From an uncultured Alphaproteobacteria bacterium (GTDB taxonomy: Bacteria; Pseudomonadota; Alphaproteobacteria; MPNO01; UBA830): 64,000 nt of DNA. The stretch covers positions 6,927 to 70,926 of the forward strand of contig CAJWSW010000004.1 in NCBI GenBank assembly GCA_913046035.1, written 5' to 3'. The notes beneath the pieces were generated by a model. The model searched no databases, had not been told where the DNA came from, and saw nothing but the letters and a program-made list of their open reading frames with translations. A program made the translations under genes and the position numbers. Shown here piece by piece: positions 49,563 to 59,743 of the stretch; position 1 is the stretch's first letter, and every line of letters begins with the position of its first letter.

Positions 49563-50653
49563 TGGTTCTCACCCCCCGCCCAGGTATAATAAAGATGGCG
49601 CCTTATGTTCCCGGCGCATCAAAACTGAAGGGTTTTGACACAGTCATCAAGTTATCATCGAACGAAGGGGCTTTGGGACCCAGCCCGAAGGCAACTGCTG
49701 CATTTAAGGCCACGGGTAACGAGTTACATCGGTATCCGGATGGCAATGCGTTAGAGTTACGCAAATCTATTGGTGACCGCCACGGATTAAACCCTGAAAA
49801 GGTTATTTGCGGTGCGGGGTCGGATGAGATCCTTGCGCTTCTGGCACGCGCCTATGCCGGCCCAGGGGATGAAATTCTCTTCGGCGAGCATGCGTTTGTG
49901 ATGTACCCCATCTTCGCGTTGTCGGTTGGAGCAACGCCAATAAAGGCGCCGGAAACGAAATATACCGTCTCAGTTGACGCATTGCTCAGCAAAGTCACGG
50001 AGCACACGCGGATCGTTTATGTAGCAAACCCCAACAACCCTACAGGCACCATGCTTACTTCTGATGAAATGTCACGACTGCGTGCGGGGTTACGGGAAGA
50101 TATTCTGCTCGTGATCGATGCTGCCTACGCCGAGTACGTTATCCGGGACGATTACTCGCCGGGTATCGAACTCGTTGACGCGAGCGAAAATGTTGTAATG
50201 ACACGCACGTTTTCAAAGATATATGCGATGGGTGGGGCAAGGCTGGGCTGGGCTTACTGCCCTGAGACTGTGTGCGAAGTAATCAATAAAATCCGACCAC
50301 CGTTTAATGTCACCAGTGGAGCCCAGGCCGCGGGTATTGCCGCCGTAAACGATGTCGAGTTTATGACCCGATCTCGCGATCACAATACTGAGTGGCTTCC
50401 ATGGCTGTCTAACCAGCTGGAAGGGATGGGGCTTAATACCGTGCCAAGTGTTGGAAATTTTTTGCTTGTACTGTTTCCTCGGAGCGGGCCGCACACCTCT
50501 GATAAAGCAATGGATTTCATCACTTCCCGCGGTATTGTTCCACGAAGGACTAGCAGTGCAGGTATTCCCGAGGGTATTCGCATCACTGTAGGAATCGAAG
50601 ACGAAATTCGTGCGATCACGGGCGCGATCTCGGACTTCATGAAAAAGGTGTGA
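49562..50653 (+). CDS. hisC: histidinol-phosphate / aromatic aminotransferase
   Basis: NPNNPTG and FSKIYAMGGARLGW (PLP lysine). ATGA overlap upstream. Confidence 0.9.
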   Translation: MVLTPRPGIIKMAPYVPGASKLKGFDTVIKLSSNEGALGPSPKATAAFKATGNELHRYPDGNALELRKSIGDRHGLNPEKVICGAGSDEILALLARAYAGPGDEILFGEHAFVMYPIFALSVGATPIKAPETKYTVSVDALLSKVTEHTRIVYVANPNNPTGTMLTSDEMSRLRAGLREDILLVIDAAYAEYVIRDDYSPGIELVDASENVVMTRTFSKIYAMGGARLGWAYCPETVCEVINKIRPPFNVTSGAQAAGIAAVNDVEFMTRSRDHNTEWLPWLSNQLEGMGLNTVPSVGNFLLVLFPRSGPHTSDKAMDFITSRGIVPRRTSSAGIPEGIRITVGIEDEIRAITGAISDFMKKV

Positions 50654-51570
50654 GGCCTCCAGTGTTCGACCGCGTCGCTCTAATCGGTATTGGATTAATA
50701 GGTTCTTCAATCGCCCGCGTAATGCGCCGAGACAAACTTGCGCGCTCGATTATTGCCTGTGCCCGAACTGAAAAAACCCTAAATACTGCAAAACGTCTCA
50801 ACATTGTTGATGAGACTACACAAATCATTTCAGAGGCTGTTCATGGTGCTGACTTAGTTATGATATGTACCCCGGTTTCCACTTACGGCGAAATTGCAAA
50901 AGAAATGGCGCCAGCACTGAAACCGGGTGCAATCGTAACTGACGTTGGGTCGGTTAAGGAAGCCGCCGTAACGGCAGTGGTACCCCATTTACCGAAGGGC
51001 ATTCATTTTGTGCCCGGGCATCCCATCGCGGGCACTGAAAATTCCGGCCCCGAATCCGGTTTCGAAAACCTGTTTGAAGGGCGTTGGTTCCTTATAACGC
51101 CGCCACCAGGAACAGAACAAGCCGCGATCGACAAGGTCGCAAATCTGTGGAAGTGCGCAGGTAGCCATATCGAATATCTTGAGCCAGCACATCATGATCA
51201 GGTGCTCGCGATCACCTCACACCTTCCGCACCTTATTGCCTACACCATTGTTGGGACAGCTACCGACCTCGAAGAAGATATAAAATCCGAGGTGGTAAAG
51301 TACTCTGCTTCCGGTTTTCGGGACTTCACCCGTATTGCCGCATCAGACCCAGTTATGTGGCGGGATATCTTCATTGCCAACCGGGATGCAGTCTTGGAAA
51401 TGCTTGGCCGACTGTCTGAGGATCTGGCAGGACTTCAACGAGCTATCCGCATCGGTGACGGCGAAACGCTCGAGGCACTCTTTCGACGAACCCAAGAAAT
51501 ACGCCGCGGCGTAATCGAGGCCGGTCAACATATCCCCCCTGCGCCGGTTAACTTAGATAAGGAGAAATAA
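50650..51570 (+). CDS. tyrC: prephenate/arogenate (cyclohexadienyl) dehydrogenase
   Basis: IGIGLIGSS Rossmann motif and HPIAGTE. GTGA overlap with hisC. Confidence 0.85.
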   Translation: MRPPVFDRVALIGIGLIGSSIARVMRRDKLARSIIACARTEKTLNTAKRLNIVDETTQIISEAVHGADLVMICTPVSTYGEIAKEMAPALKPGAIVTDVGSVKEAAVTAVVPHLPKGIHFVPGHPIAGTENSGPESGFENLFEGRWFLITPPPGTEQAAIDKVANLWKCAGSHIEYLEPAHHDQVLAITSHLPHLIAYTIVGTATDLEEDIKSEVVKYSASGFRDFTRIAASDPVMWRDIFIANRDAVLEMLGRLSEDLAGLQRAIRIGDGETLEALFRRTQEIRRGVIEAGQHIPPAPVNLDKEK

Positions 51571-51580
51571 ACCGTCGTCA

Positions 51581-52618
51581 TCACCAGCGCACAGGTTTAA
51601 CCTTGAATAAGGGGACCGGTCCGAGATAAAGCTTTTGTCGCTGAATGCTGATGGGCAGTCGAGCTGGCCCACCGCCAAGAGAAAATAGTTGATTTGCCGC
51701 CTTAGCGGCAAAAGCGATCCGAGCATCGATTGCCCCAGCAGCAACCAACTTTTCAGAGATCTTTTCTATACCATCGATTTCAACGGCCAAAGCGCTTTGG
51801 GGCTGAAGATTTTCATCCAGAGCGAAGGTCCCGTCGCCACGAAGAGCCATCTCGCCCCAGTCTATCTCAAAAGATTGTAATTCCAGCGCCCCACCGGCCT
51901 CCCTCCAACGCGAGAGCACGTCGGTTAGAATGCCATTTGGTTCGAACCGACCTAACAACATTGCTTTTATCGACAATCTGTCCAGATTTTTTCCCAGTGG
52001 CGGGTTCCAAGATTGCGGCAAAACCGTATTGCGAGCTTCCAATGCAATACCAATACCGGTCATATTGTCGCCGGACCCATCATTATGAGGTGCACCATTT
52101 TTGACTTTAAGGGTAACCTCATCAATTCTGACGCGGTCTCGACGGCGTTGCACCCAGTCTAATCCGGTCAACCGGAACGCCAGCAACTTTGGTTCTCCAG
52201 ACACGATCTGTAACTCACCCTCTGCCTGACGCAGAGTAAGCGTCACCGCTTGGCTTGCATTTGTAAATTTATAGACGCCAGGGGCGGCTAATTTAATATC
52301 CGTCAATGCCCAAGGCCGTGCAGCCACTGTTATATCGGGAATTTCTCCATGCCAATGATCACCCGGACCTACAAAAACTAATTTTTCTAGCCGCAGATTA
52401 AGACGAAATGGGAAACCAGTAACCGTCGGCTCGCGGAACACAACTGACCAGCCCCCAGCACGACAACTAGCCACCCATTGTTGGAAACCCTCGCGAACTT
52501 TCTCTGCGATAGAATACCAATAGGCTGTATAGCCCACGCAAGCGGCCAAAATGATAGTCGCTGCAATGATTGACATCCGCAATGGCCGCCTCATGATCGC
52601 TATGATATAGCCGGACAT
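51581..52618 (-). CDS. DUF2125 domain protein (N-terminally anchored)
   Basis: 345 aa. An N-terminal TM segment is followed by YWYSIAEKVREGFQQW, which is typical of DUF2125. Confidence 0.65.
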   Translation of the reverse strand: MSGYIIAIMRRPLRMSIIAATIILAACVGYTAYWYSIAEKVREGFQQWVASCRAGGWSVVFREPTVTGFPFRLNLRLEKLVFVGPGDHWHGEIPDITVAARPWALTDIKLAAPGVYKFTNASQAVTLTLRQAEGELQIVSGEPKLLAFRLTGLDWVQRRRDRVRIDEVTLKVKNGAPHNDGSGDNMTGIGIALEARNTVLPQSWNPPLGKNLDRLSIKAMLLGRFEPNGILTDVLSRWREAGGALELQSFEIDWGEMALRGDGTFALDENLQPQSALAVEIDGIEKISEKLVAAGAIDARIAFAAKAANQLFSLGGGPARLPISIQRQKLYLGPVPLFKVKPVRW

Positions 52619-52710
52619 AAAAAAAAAATCGATAAAATGAATAAAATGCTGTTTAGCTCAATGGTCGTTTCCTAATTCCCCTCCCTCCTAACCCGAAATT
52701 CTCCAATCAG

Positions 52711-53610
52711 ATGCCATCCGTACCAACGTCACCTCAGAAAAATCTCGATCCACTGGTTTTTTTCAGCGTTGGTACTTTATTCATTTTTCTGTGGGCTAGT
52801 GGGTTCGTTGCGGCAAAATATGGCTTACCCTACGCAGAGCCCTTTACGCTTATGGCAGCACGCTTTGTCGTAGCGGCGGTGATTTTAGTGCCGGCTTGCT
52901 TTTTGCTTAAAGCGTCTTGGCCAAAGACCCCAAAGGAAATCACACACATCCTGATTGCCGGATTTGGCGTGCAGACAATGTATCTTACCGGGGTCTATTA
53001 TGGGATCTGGTTCGGTATTTCAACTGGGGTGACAGCTTTGGTCGTCGGGTTGCAACCTCTTCTAACTGCCGTGCTAGCAGGGTTTATCTTGAAGGAGACA
53101 GTCACAAAGCGAAACTGGTTGGGCTTAATCTTGGGTTTCGCAGGGCTAGGTCTTGTTGTTTTAGACCGCATTTTAGCGCCTACAGATGCAATATTGGGTC
53201 TCACGATGCTGATACTCGGCCTGGTGGGAATTACCCTTGGAACACTCTATCAAAAAAAGTATTGCGGGCCATTCGATGTACGCGCAGGCGTCGCTCTTCA
53301 AAACATCATGTCGTGTATTGTAATGATAGTATTAGCCGCGACGTTTGAGTCCATGGTGATTCAGTGGACGATCGATTTCATTCTCGCCGTGCTGTGGTCG
53401 GCAGTAGGATTATCGGTGCTGGCTATCTGCCTCTACTATTGGCTCGTACAACGCGGAGCTGCGGCACGCATCACGAGCCTGATCTATCTTAGTCCGCCAA
53501 CTACGGCTGTAATGGGTTGGGCGATGTTCGGCGAGACTCTCTCGTGGCAAACGATCATTGGAATGATCGTCGCAATGATCGGCATCGCCATGGCAGTACA
53601 AAATCGATGA
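52711..53610 (+). CDS. DMT (EamA) family transporter
   Basis: 299 aa with a 10-TM style sequence. It is a tandem paralogue of the next gene. Confidence 0.8.
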   Translation: MPSVPTSPQKNLDPLVFFSVGTLFIFLWASGFVAAKYGLPYAEPFTLMAARFVVAAVILVPACFLLKASWPKTPKEITHILIAGFGVQTMYLTGVYYGIWFGISTGVTALVVGLQPLLTAVLAGFILKETVTKRNWLGLILGFAGLGLVVLDRILAPTDAILGLTMLILGLVGITLGTLYQKKYCGPFDVRAGVALQNIMSCIVMIVLAATFESMVIQWTIDFILAVLWSAVGLSVLAICLYYWLVQRGAAARITSLIYLSPPTTAVMGWAMFGETLSWQTIIGMIVAMIGIAMAVQNR

Positions 53611-54491
53611 CTGGTCCCAATTCCTCTCTTCTCAAAGCAGCGCCCTTTCTTTTCATTCTGACTTGGGCATCCGGATTTCCGATTACCCGGTTTGGGTTAG
53701 AATTCACCGAACCTTTTACGTTACTCTGGATACGATCATTTATTGCGGTAGTTCTTGTTGGGCTATTTGCATTAGTTGTGCGGGTCCCACTACCCAGTAT
53801 CCGCGAGACAATTCACATCGCGATTGTTGGCATAATTCTGCAATGCCTATATCTGGGTGCAATATTTAGCGCACTCGATGAAGGCGTCAGCCAAGGTGTT
53901 GCTGCGCTAGTTGCGGGCATGCAACCGATACTTACTGCTGCCGTTGTAGGCATTACGCTTGGTGAAAAGGTAACGCGAATTCAATGGACGGGCTTTGCGC
54001 TCGGTTTTGTCGGGCTTTTTATCGTACTCTCGGAGCGGCTTGGTATTGGCGCAGCGACAACAGCCGGTTTCGTATTTTCTGGTCTGACACCTATTTTTAT
54101 AACCGCTGCATCGCTTTATCAAAAAAAATACTGCGCCAACTCTGATTTGCGCATGGTGGTGATTGTGCAGCAAACAGCTGCGGGTTTCTGTAATTTCTGT
54201 ATTGCGATGACCATAGAAAGCGGCGATATCGTCTGGGGATTTGGAGTCGTTTTGGTTTGGGGGTGGCTGGTGATCATCCTCACTATCGGGGCAACAAACC
54301 TGCTTTACCTAATGCTACGCCATGGCGAGGCATCGCGCGTATCGAGTCTTTTTTATCTTACACCTCCAATAGCCGTACTTCTGGGATGGTTCAGTTACGG
54401 TGAAACCATTGGTTGGGTCGCGATGATTGGCTTTCTGGTTGCCGTTGCAGGCGTTTTTCTAGTCACGCGAACACCAGAGAAGGTGGAGTAA
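53607..54491 (+). CDS. DMT (EamA) family transporter
   Basis: The ATG at 53607 forms an ATGA overlap with the upstream paralogue. 294 aa. Confidence 0.8.
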   Translation: MTGPNSSLLKAAPFLFILTWASGFPITRFGLEFTEPFTLLWIRSFIAVVLVGLFALVVRVPLPSIRETIHIAIVGIILQCLYLGAIFSALDEGVSQGVAALVAGMQPILTAAVVGITLGEKVTRIQWTGFALGFVGLFIVLSERLGIGAATTAGFVFSGLTPIFITAASLYQKKYCANSDLRMVVIVQQTAAGFCNFCIAMTIESGDIVWGFGVVLVWGWLVIILTIGATNLLYLMLRHGEASRVSSLFYLTPPIAVLLGWFSYGETIGWVAMIGFLVAVAGVFLVTRTPEKVE

Positions 54492-54661
54492 TGCATAACA
54501 AGCGCGTAAAGCTCAAGGAGCGGGACAAATTTTACATTCGCCGAACGTGCGTTTTTGTAAGCAAACCACTAGCTTGAAAGAAATGGTTGTGGCTTCGTAG
54601 ACCGTTGGCAGACGAGCGTGAACAACTTAAAAAAGCACTCAGAAAACGAATAGGAATAAAT

Positions 54662-55504
54662 ATGAAATTGATTAGCTTTCGACACATGGGCCGTGAAGCC
54701 TATGGTGTAATCAAAGACGACGGTATCGTAGATATGTCAGTCCGCCTCGATCATCAGAATCTCAAAAATGCAATTGCAGGGCTTTCGATCAACGAGATGG
54801 AGAAACTCGCAGAAGCTACGGACCCTGATGTCAGTCTGGACGCAATAGAATACATGTTTCCAGTGACTTCGCCTGAAAAAATATTTTGCGTCGGTCGAAA
54901 CTATCGGGCGTATCACGAAGTACTGGAGGATGGCGGGCCAAAATGGCCAAGTATTTTCCCACGATTTGCATCCGGTTTTTCTCCACATGGAGAAACGATC
55001 CTATGTCCGGCGGTATCGGAGCAATTAGATTATGAAGCAGAGATTGGCGTAATAATTGGTAAGTCTGGGCGCCATATCCCAGAAGACCAAGCCCTAGATT
55101 ATGTCGCTGGTTACACAATCATCAATGAGGGCAGTGTCCGCGACTGGCAAAGTAAAGGTACACAGAATTGTCCGGGGAAAAATTTCCACCGATCAGGTGC
55201 AATCGGTCCATGGATGGTGACACGGGATGAAATAGACGATCTGGACTCCTTGCAGATACAAACAACCGTTGACGGAGAGATCCGACAGGACGGCAGCAGC
55301 GAAATGATGATCTTCAAAATTCCGTTCGTGATTTCGCATATTTCAAAATTTCAGTGGCTCGAACCCGGCGACATAATAGCGACAGGATCCCCAGGTGGTA
55401 GCGCGATAGAGAACGACCCACCCAACTGGCTTAAACCGGGCGAAAAGATCGATATTACTATCGAACCAATCGGGACGCTCTCTAATCCAATCGCGGCAGA
55501 ATAG
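54662..55504 (+). CDS. fumarylacetoacetate hydrolase (FAH) family protein
   Basis: DYEAEIGVIIG, GYTIINEGSVRDWQ and PGDIIATGSPGG motifs. Confidence 0.85.
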   Translation: MKLISFRHMGREAYGVIKDDGIVDMSVRLDHQNLKNAIAGLSINEMEKLAEATDPDVSLDAIEYMFPVTSPEKIFCVGRNYRAYHEVLEDGGPKWPSIFPRFASGFSPHGETILCPAVSEQLDYEAEIGVIIGKSGRHIPEDQALDYVAGYTIINEGSVRDWQSKGTQNCPGKNFHRSGAIGPWMVTRDEIDDLDSLQIQTTVDGEIRQDGSSEMMIFKIPFVISHISKFQWLEPGDIIATGSPGGSAIENDPPNWLKPGEKIDITIEPIGTLSNPIAAE

Positions 55505-55528
55505 TAGAAAAATAAAGGTGAACCACAA

Positions 55529-56377
55529 ATGAAACTAGCGAGTTTCCGGGTGGCTGGGCGTGAAAGGTTTGGTGTTGTAACCGTCGATGGCATAATCGAG
55601 CTAAACGGAAGGCTAGCGGGTTGCCAACAAACTTTACGGGCAGCAATGGAAGCTGGTGTATTAGAGGAGGCCGAGCAAGTCGCAGCCGACGCAGAGCCGG
55701 ATTACGCGTTTGATGAAGTTGAGTGGCAACTACCAATACCAAAACCAGAAAAAATATACTGTGTGGGACAGAACTATGCCGCACATATTCGGGAAATGGG
55801 CTATGAGCTGCCCGAGTATCCGAGCATCTTCACCCGTTTCCCGCGAACTTTCGTACCCCACAAGGGTAACATGATCATGCCGTCACATTCCGAGCATTTC
55901 GATTACGAGGGTGAGATGACGGTCGTTATAGGTACTGAGGCTAGACATGTATCAGAGGCGGAAGCGCTCGATTACGTAGCCGGTTATACAATCTGTAATG
56001 ATGGCAGTGTTCGCGACTGGCAAAAACGAGGACCGCAAGTTTCTCCCGGCAAAAACTGGGAATCCTCGGGAATGCTTGGCCCTTGGATCACCACATCAAA
56101 TGATGCTAAGGACCCTGGAGATATGTTTTTGAAAACCTGGGTGAATGGAGAATTAAGACAGGATGGCCACACTGGAGATCTTGTTTTTTCCGCGGCTTAT
56201 CTTATTAGTTACATCTCAACCTTTATCACTTTAATGCCGGGGGATATGATCACCACGGGCTCTCCATCAGGGGTTGCAGTTGCCTATGATCCACCCAGAT
56301 GGCTTGAACCTGGTGATCATATTGAAATTGAAATCGAGACGCTGGGGAAATTAGCCGGACAAGTTATTGATATCTAG
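55529..56377 (+). CDS. fumarylacetoacetate hydrolase (FAH) family protein, tandem paralogue
   Basis: DYEGEMTVVIG, GYTICNDGSVRDWQ and PGDMITTGSPSG. Roughly 45% identical by eye to the upstream copy. Confidence 0.85.
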   Translation: MKLASFRVAGRERFGVVTVDGIIELNGRLAGCQQTLRAAMEAGVLEEAEQVAADAEPDYAFDEVEWQLPIPKPEKIYCVGQNYAAHIREMGYELPEYPSIFTRFPRTFVPHKGNMIMPSHSEHFDYEGEMTVVIGTEARHVSEAEALDYVAGYTICNDGSVRDWQKRGPQVSPGKNWESSGMLGPWITTSNDAKDPGDMFLKTWVNGELRQDGHTGDLVFSAAYLISYISTFITLMPGDMITTGSPSGVAVAYDPPRWLEPGDHIEIEIETLGKLAGQVIDI

Positions 56378-56792
56378 ACCATTCCGCGGTGTTAGTAGCA
56401 ATAAAAATTTTGCAGCTACGTAAAGGCACAACAACTCAATACAGCTCTCTCAGCACGTGACCCTTGTTTAGCTCGATTGCTAACAGGCTTTTAATGGGTC
56501 GATAGGCTACGTATTTCTCCTCAATCGTCGCAATTGATTTCTACAAAAATTTGCAAAGATCATTAATCACCTTTAGGCCTCGTGCTTTGACGTTATGAAT
56601 GATTAATGTCGAGGACAGGAACTACCCAGCCAGACTTTCTGACAAACTCCGGAATGATAGAGCGTGGAGTAAATTTGTAAGGTATGACAAGGCTGACTGA
56701 ATTGGTCAGCAGCAAAGCGCGGCGAGATTTCGACAAGATCCGCCATGCAAATTTAATAAAAAGGACGAAATTTGACTAGTTTCTGAAGTTAC

Positions 56793-57512
56793 TCAAAGAC
56801 GCTCAATTTCGGAGAGTAGTTTTCTGTTGCCATCATGAATACGATTGGACAGTAACGTATAAAAAGTCGCTCTATCCAGCCCAGGATGAATGGGTTCCTG
56901 AAACTCCACTAATATACAGCCGGGTTTCTTTAAGAAACTACGGCGCCCCCAGAAATGACCAGAATTGAGAGATACCGGCACAACTGGAGCATCACAGAGT
57001 CTATATAGTGCAGTTATACCTGATTGAAGTGTTACAACATCATCGGGCGCTGAGCGGGTCCCTCCGGGAAAAATAATTACCTTTCGCCCCTCAAAGAGGC
57101 GCTGAGAAACATCACGTATCATCCGCCGTGTTTGGCCCGCGCTGCCGAGTCTGTCGATCGCTATCATGTCTAGCCGGCGAGCATAGGAGCCAAACATAGG
57201 CACTCGATAGAGTTCGCGCTTTAGAACAAATGCGGGATCATTGATGACCGCATGGAATGCAATCGTGTCCCAGGCTGACTGATGTGCCGACGCGATGATG
57301 CAAGGACCTGAAGGCAGCTTATTTACGCCACGAAATTCGAAATCAAGGTGCAGGATCGAGCGTTGTAAAGCGAAGATGCCGGAGATCCACAAATGGGTAG
57401 CTCTCAAAATCACAGTTCGCGACAACAAAAGAAGCGGAGTGTAAAGAAACAGCAGAGCAAACGTCCAGGTAAATGACGTGGTATTAAATGCAAGCGAGCG
57501 CAGAAACCTCAT
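56793..57512 (-). CDS. plsC: 1-acyl-sn-glycerol-3-phosphate (lysophospholipid) acyltransferase
   Basis: The HQSAWD (HxxxxD) acyltransferase motif and FPGGTR are present. ATG at 57512. Confidence 0.8.
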   Translation of the reverse strand: MRFLRSLAFNTTSFTWTFALLFLYTPLLLLSRTVILRATHLWISGIFALQRSILHLDFEFRGVNKLPSGPCIIASAHQSAWDTIAFHAVINDPAFVLKRELYRVPMFGSYARRLDMIAIDRLGSAGQTRRMIRDVSQRLFEGRKVIIFPGGTRSAPDDVVTLQSGITALYRLCDAPVVPVSLNSGHFWGRRSFLKKPGCILVEFQEPIHPGLDRATFYTLLSNRIHDGNRKLLSEIERL

Positions 57513-57528
57513 AACGACCAGGTCTTCA

Positions 57529-58134
57529 CTAAAATCCACCCATAAACCATGCAAACAAATACTTGTGATATTCGGAAATTGCCAGACGCAGCGCGCTAAA
57601 ATCGCGCCACCAATTTTTCGCTGGAAACCCGTCAGGGAATACTGGATGGGCTAGAATTTTAATGTTGTCTGGCAGCACCCAACGAAATTCTAAGAGACTT
57701 CGCGGCATATGGTAACTCGCGGTCACAATTCGAACGGAATTTATATCTTTGGCGCGCATCCATTTTGCCGTTTCAATTGCATTGCCACGAGTGTTGTCTG
57801 CGGCATATCCAAGCGAAATACAGCACTCTAGGTTTCCAGGCGCCTGCTGTGCGACCTTGAGCAGCTTCTGCACGTCGACACCCCGATAAACGCCCGAAAC
57901 GAATAGCTTCTTTCCAAGGCCACGCTCGAGCAGAGACAGCCCTTCACCGACACGCCCCACTCCTCCAGTAAGTACGACTATTGCATCGGCGCGCTGCTTA
58001 CCATCCGGTGGTGACTCTGGAATAAGTTGGGCGAATTGGTACAGGCCTGTCGCCCACATCGCAAATAACATCGATACGACCATTGAAAGCAGCCGCACCA
58101 GCGACACGCGACGATGTCTACTCCGGCGGGTCAC
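57529..58134 (-). CDS. YdcF/ElyC-type DUF218 protein
   Basis: The GTG at 58134 overlaps the ftsX stop (GTGA) with GGAG upstream. An N-terminal TM segment is followed by AIVVLTGG, the DUF218 core. Confidence 0.7.
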   Translation of the reverse strand: MTRRSRHRRVSLVRLLSMVVSMLFAMWATGLYQFAQLIPESPPDGKQRADAIVVLTGGVGRVGEGLSLLERGLGKKLFVSGVYRGVDVQKLLKVAQQAPGNLECCISLGYAADNTRGNAIETAKWMRAKDINSVRIVTASYHMPRSLLEFRWVLPDNIKILAHPVFPDGFPAKNWWRDFSALRLAISEYHKYLFAWFMGGF

Positions 58135-59003
58135 ATAAAACTCCTCATGACACTTTTTACAGTGAAGCCGACAGTGGCGATCACAATTATTATCGCCGTG
58201 GCCGGCAGCAGACATAGCGCCGCCCACTGAATATCACCAAGGGTCAGATCCAGCAAAAAACTGTCACTCAAACGACCAATATAAAACTGAATCAATAAGA
58301 CAAACGAAGTTCCGAGTGCAAACCCGCCTGCGGCGCCAACGCTCCAAAGCCAGAATGTATGTTTTTGGAATTGATGCGCGATATATGAATCATGGGCGCC
58401 AATCAAGTGCAGTACCTCCACTGCTTCTCTATTAACGGCCATCCATGTGCGGGTGGAAAACACCACCGTAATCACAACGGATATCAATACTAGGAGCATC
58501 ACGGACATGGATACCGTTTCCACAGTGTTCGTAATGTCCATAAGTCGGCCCAACCACATGGAGTGCTCTTCGACGACCGTGCCCGGCGCTACTGCAGATA
58601 ACTTCTTAGTCAGAACTTGAATATCGACAGTCTGACCGCTCTCTATTGCGACGTCGACTAAAGCGGGAAGAGGCAGATCTAGGATAGGCGCCTGCGCACC
58701 GAGCCATGGTTCCAACGCCTCGTTGATCTCACGGTCAGGGATTTCTCTAACATCTCGGATATTAGGTGTTGCGCGTAATATTTCGATTATGGATTCGGTG
58801 GCCGACTGCTGTTCAAGGCCAGCTGGTACTTGGACAGTTAAAGTGCCCGACAAGCTGCGCTGCAAACTTTCCGCTACTGAGGACATGACCATCCCCACAG
58901 CGAGCGATAAAGTCGCGAGAAGCACGAGTAATCCAACCTTCAAAGTCAAAAATCGGCTCACCGGATCTACACCAAGTGGAAGGCCGTTTGACAACTTTTT
59001 CAC
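58131..59003 (-). CDS. ftsX: cell division permease-like protein FtsX
   Basis: 290 aa with four-TM topology. A 4-nt overlap follows ftsE. Confidence 0.85.
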   Translation of the reverse strand: MKKLSNGLPLGVDPVSRFLTLKVGLLVLLATLSLAVGMVMSSVAESLQRSLSGTLTVQVPAGLEQQSATESIIEILRATPNIRDVREIPDREINEALEPWLGAQAPILDLPLPALVDVAIESGQTVDIQVLTKKLSAVAPGTVVEEHSMWLGRLMDITNTVETVSMSVMLLVLISVVITVVFSTRTWMAVNREAVEVLHLIGAHDSYIAHQFQKHTFWLWSVGAAGGFALGTSFVLLIQFYIGRLSDSFLLDLTLGDIQWAALCLLPATAIIIVIATVGFTVKSVMRSFM

Positions 59004-59743
59004 GACTGAACCGTCTCTGCCGACGTGTCGAAAATGTCGCGAGGTCCGACTAGAACCCCGTTTTCAATTCTTATACGGGAGTGCGGAAAACGCTCAAGTA
59101 ATGCTTCGTTATGGGTGGCGACGACGATAGTCGTACCGATTTTGTTGAGTTCTTCAAATAGATGCATGAGACGGGTTGCGATCATACCATCAACATTTCC
59201 GGTAGGCTCATCCGCTAAAAGTACCTGGGGTCGGGCAATTACCGCGCGAGCGATGGCCACTCGCTGCTGTTCGCCACCAGAGAGAGTTGACGGTTTGGCG
59301 TTTATCTGTTCTCCAAGACCAACCCAACTTAAGAGCTCTGCAACTTGATCCCTGATTTGAACCTCTTTAGCACCACTGATGCGGAGCGGTAACGCCACAT
59401 TTTCTAATGCCGTTAAATGCTCTAGCAAACGAAAATCCTGAAACACCACGCCGATGCGTCTTCTAAAAGTTGCGAGCTCTTGACGCGGCAAAGAAGATAC
59501 ATCACGGCCAAACATAGCGATTGATCCTCGATACGGTCTGTGGGCCAAATACATTAAACGCATCAGAGAGGATTTTCCGGCGCCACTGGGTCCAGTTAGA
59601 AAATGAAAAGAGCCAGCGGGAAGCGCAAAAGAAATATCATGGAGCACTTCTGGGCCAAGGCGATATCTCATGCTGACACCCTCAAAACGGAAAACGTCTC
59701 CTACCGCTGCCACCAGCAAATCCTTTTTCGTTAAATTCCCCAT
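59000..59743 (-). CDS. ftsE: cell division ATP-binding protein FtsE
   Basis: Walker A GPSGAGKSS, signature LSGGEQQR and Walker B LLADEPTG. Confidence 0.9.
   Translation of the reverse strand: MGNLTKKDLLVAAVGDVFRFEGVSMRYRLGPEVLHDISFALPAGSFHFLTGPSGAGKSSLMRLMYLAHRPYRGSIAMFGRDVSSLPRQELATFRRRIGVVFQDFRLLEHLTALENVALPLRISGAKEVQIRDQVAELLSWVGLGEQINAKPSTLSGGEQQRVAIARAVIARPQVLLADEPTGNVDGMIATRLMHLFEELNKIGTTIVVATHNEALLERFPHSRIRIENGVLVGPRDIFDTSAETVQS

Noticed and set aside
52676-52693. CCCCTCCCTCC tract (anti-SD-like, reminiscent of alphaproteobacterial CCUCCUCCC sRNA seed motifs) between the DUF2125 and EamA genes.
   Set aside because: There is no flanking hairpin or terminator to define an sRNA. It sits in a 92-nt divergent promoter region, so it is more simply part of the EamA 5' UTR.
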